A stretch of 28,638 bases of DNA. It comes from a virus. Below, in pieces: positions 1 to 7,731 of the stretch (positions are counted from its first letter, which is position 1; each line of letters begins with the position of its first letter). The position numbers were made by a program, and so were the translations under genes. The stretch lies in IMG/VR virus record IMGVR_UViG_2814123225_000005. The stretch is one strand, 5' to 3'. The notes under the pieces are model-generated. The model worked only from the letters and a program-made list of their open reading frames with translations. It was not told where the DNA came from and did no database searches.

Positions 1-720
1 ATGATTAAAGATGCCTACGAGGAAAAGGATGGCATCCTTGGATATCGCCAGATGACCATTAAACTAAACCGGGAACGCCATGTAACTGTCAATCATAAGC
101 GAATATACAGACTTATGGGCATCCTAGGCCTTAAATCGGTATGCCGCAGGAAGCGAAAAAACTACATCCATTCCACACCTGAAATTACGGCGGAAAATAT
201 CCTGAACAGAGACTTTGAATCCTCTGAGTTTGGTACGAAATGGCTCACAGATGTGACTGAAATGAAGTATGGCAACCAAAACAAGGCTTATCTTAGTGCA
301 ATCCTTGATTTGTCGGATAAAAGCATTGTTTCTTTTGTGGTAGGGCATTCCAACAACAATGAACTTGTATTTAAAACTTTTGATATCGCCCATATGACTT
401 ATCCTGACGCTACACCCCTCTTTCACAGTGACCGGGGTTTCCAATATACATGTAAAATCTTCAAGAAAAAACTAGACGATGCAGGTATGATCCAAAGCAT
501 GTCCAGGGTATCCAGATGTATAGATAATGGCCCAATGGAATCATTCTGGGGAATGATGAAATCCGAAATGTATTATCTTCGTAAGTTCTATACATATGAG
601 GAACTGGAAGCAGCCGTGATAGAATACATCGATTACTACAATACTCGTCGATACCAGAAAAGACTTAATTGTATGACGCCGTTGGAATATAGGCAATACC
701 TTCTAAGTTCAGCAGCATAG
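1..720 (+). CDS. IS3/IS150-family transposase OrfB (DDE integrase core), 5'-truncated by the window edge
   Basis: HTH-like LGYRQMT...VNHKRIYRLM; DDE motifs WLTDVTE, HSDRGFQY, DNGPMESFW; C-terminal YIDYYNTRRYQKRL...TPLEY. Confidence 0.95.
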   Translation: MIKDAYEEKDGILGYRQMTIKLNRERHVTVNHKRIYRLMGILGLKSVCRRKRKNYIHSTPEITAENILNRDFESSEFGTKWLTDVTEMKYGNQNKAYLSAILDLSDKSIVSFVVGHSNNNELVFKTFDIAHMTYPDATPLFHSDRGFQYTCKIFKKKLDDAGMIQSMSRVSRCIDNGPMESFWGMMKSEMYYLRKFYTYEELEAAVIEYIDYYNTRRYQKRLNCMTPLEYRQYLLSSAA

Positions 721-724
721 AAAA

Positions 725-770
725 TGGCACCAACCATGTATGGTTAGTGCCACAACTTTTTTTGTTTTTT
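725..770 (+). terminator. Hairpin after transposase stop
   Basis: TGGCAC-CAACCAT-GT-ATGGTTA-GTGCCA followed shortly by T runs. Confidence 0.55.
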
Positions 771-928
771 TACACTGTCTACTTGACAGGGGTCAGTTCA
801 AACTGATCCTTTGCGCTCTTTTTGTATTGCTGGTTAAGTTTGGTTGCAAAAATAAGTTCATTATTGGAGAATGCTTGCAAAAGCATAAGGAGCTTCGTTT
901 CTAGGTAATATGAAAACACTAAAATCGT

Positions 929-965
929 AAAAGACTGCTCTCCTTAATGTAGGGAAAGCAGTCTT
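929..965 (-). terminator. Rho-independent terminator of the secreted-protein cassette
   Basis: AAGACTGCT...AGCAGTCTT inverted repeat with an A run on the left (U tail on minus strand). Confidence 0.65.
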
Positions 966-1049
966 CTAGCAGCTTATAAAGCATGTTAACGAAGATGATT
1001 ATCATGGTCTAGAGATTTTTACTCTTCGGCTCCATAATAGAAAATTCTT

Positions 1050-1574
1050 TTAAGGATTCAATTCTTCAACTTTTCTCAAATTTTCAAATTCTTCTGTGAG
1101 CGTCTCAATCGGCTTATTACCTTCCTTTAAATCTTTCTCAATTTGGGCAAGGGTTTGTTTTTTCTGTCCAAGGATTTCATTTGCTTTCTTCCAAGCGGAT
1201 TTATCCTGTGCTTTCATGGCATTTGATTCATTAAAGCTCATTTTCACATCTAGAATATTGTTGTATGAAATGATTAATTCCTTCAGTTCGGCTTTAGGGT
1301 CTATAGGGTTTACTTCTTTATCAAGTTTTCCAACCTTAATACCAAGCTGTTTTACTTTGTCCCCTTGCTCATTTTGTTTTTCTACCTCTTCAAGCGTGTT
1401 ACTTGGCATACGTTCAAGCTTATCTTTTTCCTCTTTTTCTTGTGATTTAAGTGTTTCCAGTTGTTCTTTTTTGCTGGGTTTTTGTGCGGTTGTACCATAA
1501 CTTAAGGATATACCAATTGTAAGAATCAAGGCTCCACATAACGTAGTGGACATCAGTTTCTTGTTGATTTTCAT
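1050..1574 (-). CDS. Secreted/exported coiled-coil hypothetical protein
   Basis: Signal peptide-like MKINKKLMSTTLCGALILTIGISLSYG; Lys/Glu-rich helical body; GAGGAGGA RBS. Confidence 0.75.
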   Translation of the reverse strand: MKINKKLMSTTLCGALILTIGISLSYGTTAQKPSKKEQLETLKSQEKEEKDKLERMPSNTLEEVEKQNEQGDKVKQLGIKVGKLDKEVNPIDPKAELKELIISYNNILDVKMSFNESNAMKAQDKSAWKKANEILGQKKQTLAQIEKDLKEGNKPIETLTEEFENLRKVEELNP

Positions 1575-1609
1575 GATTATAAAGTCCTCCTCTAAATAAA
1601 TCCTATATA

Positions 1610-2317
1610 TTATTTGGCATACTTAATTTTAAGAAGTACAACCCAACCGTTTTCATTCTCCCTATTTTTAAGTTCAGTATACAATCCCATATCCAATCCC
1701 CAGTAGTTACTATTTACAGAGTGTTGAGCTACATTCATTGTATTATTCCCGTAATTCCAGACAATTTGAGTATGATATGTCCTGCCTGCTGAGTTCACAT
1801 ACTGTACAATATCCCCGTTCCAAAGGGTGGCGTAAATCTCGCCATAGGAAGCTAGTGCTTCCTTGTTCGTGTATACAACCATTTGATATGCTTTTCTTCC
1901 GCCAGAACCATTTACTTCACCCCAATGCTGTCTAAACTCGTGTGCACCTGTCCAAGAAGAAGTACGCGGTTTTGATGCTGGGGGAATGTTCGGCCCATAG
2001 TAATACCAATCGACTGTATTACGATTATACCCTTTGCTTCCGTGGAAAGGTAGACCGCCGCCTATATGCATAATCTGGGAAGCAAAGTTCGTACAATCAC
2101 CGCCATTACTTAGGCTGCCATAAGTTGTATACGGGGATTTCGTATATCCCGGTTTTGACGCATAATTTTTAATAAAGTTAACTGCACCTGCTCTATTGTA
2201 AGAACTGTTTACAGAAGAGGATTTTGTAAATTTGACTTGTCCTGCAAAGCTGGAACTAGCAAATAAAGTAGAACCTAAACAAGTAAGAGTTATGGCCTTT
2301 ATGAGTAATTTTTTCAA
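1610..2317 (-). CDS. Secreted putative amidase (Amidase_6-like, papain/NlpC-P60-like Cys-His)
   Basis: Signal peptide ending SSFA; YNRxxAVxF/Y; GGDCTNFASQ; W-Y-Y; SSWTGA; GDIVQY; YHTQIV; VAQHS; TTG start with AAGGAG RBS. Confidence 0.8.
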   Translation of the reverse strand: MKKLLIKAITLTCLGSTLFASSSFAGQVKFTKSSSVNSSYNRAGAVNFIKNYASKPGYTKSPYTTYGSLSNGGDCTNFASQIMHIGGGLPFHGSKGYNRNTVDWYYYGPNIPPASKPRTSSWTGAHEFRQHWGEVNGSGGRKAYQMVVYTNKEALASYGEIYATLWNGDIVQYVNSAGRTYHTQIVWNYGNNTMNVAQHSVNSNYWGLDMGLYTELKNRENENGWVVLLKIKYAK

Positions 2318-2422
2318 CTATGTAGTGTCTCCTTAATCTTAGTTTTGTGAAAAATTCGCTCGATAGCTGGCCAGCCTTCCTCTACAACTTGTAAAGTCAA
2401 AGCAGAATTTACCACCCTTTCC

Positions 2423-2452
2423 ATGGTAAATCATGTTATTAAATTCTGTCAA
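2423..2452 (-). promoter_or_regulatory. SigA-type promoter for the amidase cassette, overlapped by inverted repeats
   Basis: Minus strand TTGACA-18 nt-TACCAT; inverted repeats CAGAATTTA/TAAATTCTG (2403-2411, 2440-2448) and ATTTACCA/TGGTAAAT (2407-2414, 2424-2431). Confidence 0.55.
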
Positions 2453-2678
2453 TTAAAAAATAGTAAATTCTTCCCTTCCTCAGTATGTCTTAAGACTCAT
2501 TAAACTTAGACTTAAATCTTAACTCAAAAGTCCTTGAGATTTTCCTCAAAGTCTCTTTTACGTGGATCCGGTTGCAAAATCACGGGTTTTTGGGTGAGAT
2601 GGTTGCAAAGAGCTTTTGTCAAGACCTATGTAACGTTTTTATTGACAATCTTAATAAACGCAAATATCACAACCAAAT

Positions 2679-2711
2679 AAAAAAGGGGTGAACCTGTTTT
2701 TAGGCTCACCC
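2679..2711 (-). terminator. Rho-independent terminator
   Basis: Minus strand GGGTGAGCCT-AAAAAC-AGGTTCACCC-CTTTTTT. Confidence 0.75.
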
Positions 2712-2897
2712 TCTTGTTATAAATCCCCCGGCTTTTTGAATAAGACTTCTATTCTTCGACGCTTCTTTCATCTCTTCCCTACCTAAACGGATCCGTTCAG
2801 ATACTTCTGAAATTTCTTCATTAAATGCCTTTTCCTGTTTCAATGTTTCAGATATCCCATCACGAATAAATCTTTGTAGTTCATTCACAGTGTCCAT
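2706..2897 (-). CDS. Small hypothetical helical protein (likely start MDTVNEL)
   Basis: GGTGAAAGG directly before ATG; own terminator. Confidence 0.6.
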   Translation of the reverse strand: MDTVNELQRFIRDGISETLKQEKAFNEEISEVSERIRLGREEMKEASKNRSLIQKAGGFITRG

Positions 2898-3030
2898 CCT
2901 TTCACCAGTTACTCCCAATTCCTTAAAGGAATTCAGTTAATCATCGTTATCATAATAACGGTATTTGTTAGTAATGAGCACGATTTTGTTACTATACGGT
3001 GATGTTTTGTTATTGAGTAAACGCAATTCG

Positions 3031-3273
3031 TTACTGTTCCTTCTTTACTGCACTCTTACCAGCACTATATAGCCCGCATGAAGTGAGACCGGAGACAATG
3101 CCAAACATAATGCTAGTCTTTATATCATCTGGAAAGTAAACAACGCCTGCCACAATACCCAGGATAACGGACAGAACAGGAGCTAGACGAACCGGCAGTC
3201 CGATCCCTTTCGCCATTTCAACAATACCGACTATGACAGCAACAATGACAACATCTGTGATTTCTATATTCAT
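3031..3273 (-). CDS. Holin (2-3 TM)
   Basis: Hydrophobic segments, GLTSCGLYSAGK motif, basic C-terminus, directly after the endolysin. Confidence 0.85.
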   Translation of the reverse strand: MNIEITDVVIVAVIVGIVEMAKGIGLPVRLAPVLSVILGIVAGVVYFPDDIKTSIMFGIVSGLTSCGLYSAGKSAVKKEQ

Positions 3274-3282
3274 AATGACCTC

Positions 3283-3957
3283 CTACAGGCTACTCGCTAA
3301 AATGTGGTTGTTAAGCCATGCCAGCTCATCAACGGTAAGGCAACGGTTTTCTATTTTAACCATCCAATTCCAGTCTGTAAATTTCCCTGCATTCCAGACT
3401 TTCCCCATATTGTCATAGAGCTGTTTCCATTGCCAATCTTCCAGTTGTAATGTTCTACTCATGTCGTCTTCCTCTCCTTCGTATGCTTGTTTAATTCGCT
3501 CTATAAAGCTTGGCACTCTTCCCTCATCTAACATTCTGTGCGGACAGTATTTACCACTCCAGTGCTGGTGTGGAACCACATTCTCAATAGGAATACAAAA
3601 CTGTTTCATAAGCTGGGCAATGATAATAGCCGCATTGTCCTCGGCCTTATAATATCGGTTACCGCCGGACTTGGAATAACAAATCTCTACGCCGATGGAT
3701 TGACGGTTTCCTGTCCCGTTCCCGTCTCCACAATGCCAGGCATTTCGATCAAAAGGAATGCCCTGAACAGCTTCCTTATCATCCACAGCAACGTGGAACG
3801 AAACCTCGTTATTGTTCCCGATCATGTAACGAACCTCATTTTCTGCGGGAGCATCGTTATACGTATTGTGGAACGTAATATATTTCGGTGCCATTTTATT
3901 CGGACATTTAATTCCATATTTACTTGGGTCTACTAGCATTTCTCTGATTTCCATCAT
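3283..3957 (-). CDS. Endolysin, N-acetylmuramoyl-L-alanine amidase (Amidase_2), 224 aa, resembling P. larvae phage lysins
   Basis: ITFHNTYN, SFHVAVDD, AWHCGDG, SIGVEICY, HQHWSGKYCP zinc-amidase motifs. Confidence 0.95.
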   Translation of the reverse strand: MMEIREMLVDPSKYGIKCPNKMAPKYITFHNTYNDAPAENEVRYMIGNNNEVSFHVAVDDKEAVQGIPFDRNAWHCGDGNGTGNRQSIGVEICYSKSGGNRYYKAEDNAAIIIAQLMKQFCIPIENVVPHQHWSGKYCPHRMLDEGRVPSFIERIKQAYEGEEDDMSRTLQLEDWQWKQLYDNMGKVWNAGKFTDWNWMVKIENRCLTVDELAWLNNHILASSL

Positions 3958-4196
3958 TGGATTTCTCCTTCCCCGGGTTTTCCTTTAAGAATCCCCTTGA
4001 TCTCGGCAATATCACTAGAAAGAAGGCTAAAAGACTTCGCTTGCTCCCGGATAACTTCCTGGTTCTCACTAATAGTCTTCTGATACTCCTTCTCCCGTAC
4101 TTCATTTTTCTTCATCGTGGTAAAAAGCAGCCAAACAAAAAGAGCCCCAAAGGCTCCCGTGTTCAGTACTGTATTAAAAATTTGGTCTTCCATCAT
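3954..4196 (-). CDS. BhlA/UviB-family holin-like protein
   Basis: MEDQIFN...GAFGALFVWLLFTTMKKNEVREKEYQKTI: one TM followed by a coiled coil. Confidence 0.85.
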   Translation of the reverse strand: MMEDQIFNTVLNTGAFGALFVWLLFTTMKKNEVREKEYQKTISENQEVIREQAKSFSLLSSDIAEIKGILKGKPGEGEIQ

Positions 4197-4335
4197 CCCT
4201 CACCTCCACTTGACATATTGTTTTACGCTCTTTTTCCGTGATAAACCCTTTTTCTACGGCTCGCTTCAACTGCTTTGGAGTTACCGTCTGATTCTGCCAA
4301 CAATAGTAGAAATGGGGATACAGTTCACTTTTCAT
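4174..4335 (-). CDS. XkdX-like small protein (53 aa, absent from the ORF track)
   Basis: MKSELYPHFYYCWQNQTVTPKQLKRAVEKGFITEKERKTICQVEVRDDGRPNF; GAGGAGG RBS, ATGA overlap with the upstream gene; L..AV.KG.IT..E motif. Confidence 0.75.
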   Translation of the reverse strand: MKSELYPHFYYCWQNQTVTPKQLKRAVEKGFITEKERKTICQVEVRDDGRPNF

Positions 4336-4679
4336 CGGCTCGCCTCCTCTTGGTCGACTAGGACATAATTCATTGCTTTTTGCAGCGCTTCGATCTGTTT
4401 TTCCATGACCTTCATTGGGTTTGGAGGATCTGGGCGATTTTTGATCTGATCAATTTCCTCAGCTGAAAGTCCCTCTTTCCAGACTTTTTTCTCAAAATCC
4501 CAAATAGGCGTATAAATCGGCATAGGTAGTGAATCAAAAACAACGGTTTCGTCTATGGGTACCTCTTGATCCAAAAGATTAAAATACTTGTCGTCTTTCT
4601 CTATCAGTGCCAGTGCCTCTACATATTTACCTGCTTTGTCTACCCGACTCGCTTGTATGATCTTATCCATCTCAAACAC
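4332..4679 (-). CDS. Putative tail fibre assembly/chaperone protein
   Basis: Position after RBP; PIWDFEKKVWKEG motif and C-terminal coiled coil. Confidence 0.6.
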   Translation of the reverse strand: MFEMDKIIQASRVDKAGKYVEALALIEKDDKYFNLLDQEVPIDETVVFDSLPMPIYTPIWDFEKKVWKEGLSAEEIDQIKNRPDPPNPMKVMEKQIEALQKAMNYVLVDQEEASR

Positions 4680-5762
4680 CTACCTTTGCCCGTAAAATGA
4701 GGAGGGGAAAATGCTAAACGAGACAAAACCGGGTAACCCATAACTTTCTATCAATACCTCTCCACTGGGATATACACCTAGAAATTGAATAGATCTGGAG
4801 TAGTCTGCAAAGTCGATCATCAGACAACCAACGCGGATTACACCACTTGGACGAAACCCAGCCGGGAGGTTGAATAAAGGTGTGCCAAACTCAGTTTTAG
4901 TCCCTGAGCAAGTGCCATAAAGGTGGACGTAGCCGAATTGATCCTTGTAGTAGCAAACCCCTTTGACTTCACCTGCTTGTACGTACCAACCATTCAAAAA
5001 CGTAGGCGTGTACTGCCCCGCGGGTTCGCCTTTCAGGGCGTATGCTCTGAGATCATTTATACTTGGGGCCCCTACATGTTTGGCCATCAGTATTACATCC
5101 CCGGTCTTACCATTGACGGATGTTACACCAAATTTCCCTCCCCCTTGATCTTTCATCTTCTCCAGCCATTCTTTCCACTCTTTTTCAAAGTCTGCTGTAC
5201 GGCTTTCAAACCATTTCTGGAATTGGTTGAAAATCGTAGTCGTGTCGGCTTGTATAAGAGAGTTCACAATGCCACAAACGGTTTTGTTGAGCCTCTCGTC
5301 TGTGATTTGATAGGCTTCGATATAAGATTTACCTTTTACAATCTTTACTTGTGCTAGACTGATTTCAAACACGTTATCGTTACGTGTTAATGCAGGAGGG
5401 CTGGGAGTAGTCGAGGGTGTCCCTTCTTTTACAAAAGCCCTTACGTATCGATGATCTAGACGTTTGTCCAACCTTACTACGACTCGGTCAATGCGGTCTA
5501 GCGTGGCATGTGGATAAGGGTGCTGTAGATTTAGCTTCGTATCCTTGACGGCATACAAGTACCCCTGTAACCAGGCATAGCCCGGTTGAATATACGTTTC
5601 CATGTTTTTGCCCGTACTTTCTACCTTAAGATTTGTTCCGCCGTTAAATATGCCGTCACTAAGGACTTGCCTGAAATATTCCGCAAATTCGTCTGCCGTG
5701 TAGAGTCGCTCGTCCGTATCCGTCGAGTCAAAAAATCTGTAGGTTTCTGCCAAGCTTATCAA
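4680..5762 (-). CDS. Tail fibre / receptor-binding protein
   Basis: Structural N-terminus (FFDS...DRIDRVVVRLD), VTSVNGKTGDV fibre motif, C-terminal FNLPAGFRP head domain. Confidence 0.8.
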   Translation of the reverse strand: MISLAETYRFFDSTDTDERLYTADEFAEYFRQVLSDGIFNGGTNLKVESTGKNMETYIQPGYAWLQGYLYAVKDTKLNLQHPYPHATLDRIDRVVVRLDKRLDHRYVRAFVKEGTPSTTPSPPALTRNDNVFEISLAQVKIVKGKSYIEAYQITDERLNKTVCGIVNSLIQADTTTIFNQFQKWFESRTADFEKEWKEWLEKMKDQGGGKFGVTSVNGKTGDVILMAKHVGAPSINDLRAYALKGEPAGQYTPTFLNGWYVQAGEVKGVCYYKDQFGYVHLYGTCSGTKTEFGTPLFNLPAGFRPSGVIRVGCLMIDFADYSRSIQFLGVYPSGEVLIESYGLPGFVSFSIFPSSFYGQR

Positions 5763-6877
5763 CTCCTTAATTTTTGTCTAACTGCTTCCGCAAGTGTAGG
5801 AATACTGTTGCCGAAAATCACATCAACACGAATACCCCCAGGTTCGTAAACCTCTACAGCTTCTGTGATTCTTGTATTCATTGTCAGTCCCCACTGGCGA
5901 TTTAGCACAGTTACGACATCCCCTAAGTCGTAGTCCTTACGATAGGTTAGATTAGATTTTGTAAGTATCTTGGCTTCGAGGGATGCTACCCTTTTTACTT
6001 CGGATAGTTTTTCTTGTCCCCGATCCGCCAGCATTTTCCTGATTTGTTCTTCTGAGAGAGGTTCTGAGCCCTCCTCTTGAGTCCCAACGTCTCTGGCATC
6101 CACAAACATTTCATGCCTATTTAGACCTGTTGATGTACCTACCGTAACGATTTTTCGATCTTCTCCCTCACCCTGCCCTGCGACCACAGCTATGTTTTTA
6201 TGTCCAATTGCACTACTTATATAGCTTTGGCTTTCGATGTTATCGTAGTCCGTGGAAAAAATAGCAGGAGGGCGTATATCCTGATCCGCCGTTAGGTTTC
6301 GTCCGGTAAGCATGTCAAACACATACCATCGATTTTCGATATCTAACGACACCTCCCAACCCATTTGAGACATCAAGCTCAGTTTCTCCACTTCTTCGGC
6401 CAGTGGTTTATATCTGGTCTGAAACTGGATTTTCTCCCCGCGTCCTTGGTCAGGCGCACAAATGAAACCTGGGATACTACGTTCTCGGTCAACTGAATTT
6501 ATACAATTATGTTTTACTATTTGCTTTACAATGGTTTCGATGGGCGCGTTCATATAGTCATAGGCTTTTCCTTCGGGCGGGTACGTGATACGCCTCCCGA
6601 TTAGATTAGCCAGCATACTACCCTTAATGATGAGTTCCTCTTCTCCATCTTCACCCATCGTAATTTCCCGATACTTAATCATGGCCGCCTCTTGCGGGCG
6701 ACTAGCTTTAAATAGGATCACGTCTTCTTGGAGCTTATCTGCATTTTGCATGAAAGGATGTATATGCAATTCGACCTCACCGGGTCTGTGCCAGCGCCTG
6801 ATCCATTGCAGAGATGTATAAGCATCTACTTCACCCAAAAGATTAAAATCCGTGTCGATGAGTCTGATAGGCTCCAT
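5759..6877 (-). CDS. Baseplate hub/Tal-like protein (ReqiPepy6 Gp37-like)
   Basis: YTSLQWIRRW, VAGQGEGEDR, EMFVDARD, YRKDYDLGDVVTV. Confidence 0.85.
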   Translation of the reverse strand: MEPIRLIDTDFNLLGEVDAYTSLQWIRRWHRPGEVELHIHPFMQNADKLQEDVILFKASRPQEAAMIKYREITMGEDGEEELIIKGSMLANLIGRRITYPPEGKAYDYMNAPIETIVKQIVKHNCINSVDRERSIPGFICAPDQGRGEKIQFQTRYKPLAEEVEKLSLMSQMGWEVSLDIENRWYVFDMLTGRNLTADQDIRPPAIFSTDYDNIESQSYISSAIGHKNIAVVAGQGEGEDRKIVTVGTSTGLNRHEMFVDARDVGTQEEGSEPLSEEQIRKMLADRGQEKLSEVKRVASLEAKILTKSNLTYRKDYDLGDVVTVLNRQWGLTMNTRITEAVEVYEPGGIRVDVIFGNSIPTLAEAVRQKLRS

Positions 6878-6879
6878 CC

Positions 6880-7731
6880 TTACACCCCCACGTATCGGTT
6901 TTTATAGCTGACGATCACTTTTGTTTTGCTACTATCATTTCCGCTGTTATACTCCAGTATGTTTTTTCCAACCACCAGTTGAAAAAATGAGCTGGCGAGA
7001 TCGATGTAGTGGAACGCATTCTCCACCCTACCGCTTGCGCGAACAATTTCGACTCTTTTCTTTCCAAATGTAGTGTCAATATGAAGAATGTCATTCTCAC
7101 TTAAATCCCGTTTAACCCGAATGAATTGCCCCGTGGTTCGGTTATACACGGTGGGATTCTGAGCTGGCCCTCTAAATTCGATGCTCACGGGCGTTTCTAC
7201 GTCCCCAGTATTCTCAACGCCGCGCTGAAACGACCGTTTAGAAAATGACACGGGCAGCCGAAGGGAAAACTTATAGCCTCCCATGACATAGCTCATCTGA
7301 CGGCTTGTTGGATTCACATCTGACCAGTAAGGATTGTGAGCAATGAGGGGGATAGAAATCCGGCGTACTTTAGGCGTTTTTTTATCGTAACCTGAAAGAA
7401 AGATAGGAGAACCGTCAGGAACTGGTTGAATAGCCCTTTGTCCTCCAGCAGATGCGTATACTAACTTTCCTTCACCTAATTTTGGATTAAAAATTTGATT
7501 TAATGTTCTCTCCAGTTCCAACCGCTGCTTACTGTCTTTCGAGACAATCAATAATTCCATTTTGAGTTCTCGCGGTTCAAGGTAATTATCAATATAGATT
7601 TCCCCATCCTGGTTAGCAGACTTTCCGGTCTGAAAGTTCGTGGTTGCGCGTCCCGGGTCAAAATCAATCAGCTTGAATGGGGATTTGTCAATGTTAATGC
7701 TCTGACCGCGAGAATTTGTAAAAGTGATCAT
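6880..7731 (-). CDS. Distal tail protein (Dit)
   Basis: Follows TMP with ATGA overlap; FNPKLGEGKL, ENTGDVETP, FFQLVVGKN. Confidence 0.85.
   Translation of the reverse strand: MITFTNSRGQSINIDKSPFKLIDFDPGRATTNFQTGKSANQDGEIYIDNYLEPRELKMELLIVSKDSKQRLELERTLNQIFNPKLGEGKLVYASAGGQRAIQPVPDGSPIFLSGYDKKTPKVRRISIPLIAHNPYWSDVNPTSRQMSYVMGGYKFSLRLPVSFSKRSFQRGVENTGDVETPVSIEFRGPAQNPTVYNRTTGQFIRVKRDLSENDILHIDTTFGKKRVEIVRASGRVENAFHYIDLASSFFQLVVGKNILEYNSGNDSSKTKVIVSYKNRYVGV

Larger units (their letters stand above)
1..800 (+). mobile_element. IS3-family insertion sequence, right part; right inverted repeat ends ...TACTTGACAGGGGTCAGTTCA at 800
   Basis: Transposase followed by a hairpin, T-rich tract and a terminal CA; the reverse complement begins TGAACTGACCCC, typical of IS150-group ends. 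Confidence 0.85.

Noticed and set aside
124-444. Minus ORF inside the transposase
   Set aside because: Antisense shadow.
4680-5762. Diversity-generating retroelement or invertible tail fibre
   Set aside because: No reverse transcriptase, invertase or second copy of the RBP 3' region seen in the window.
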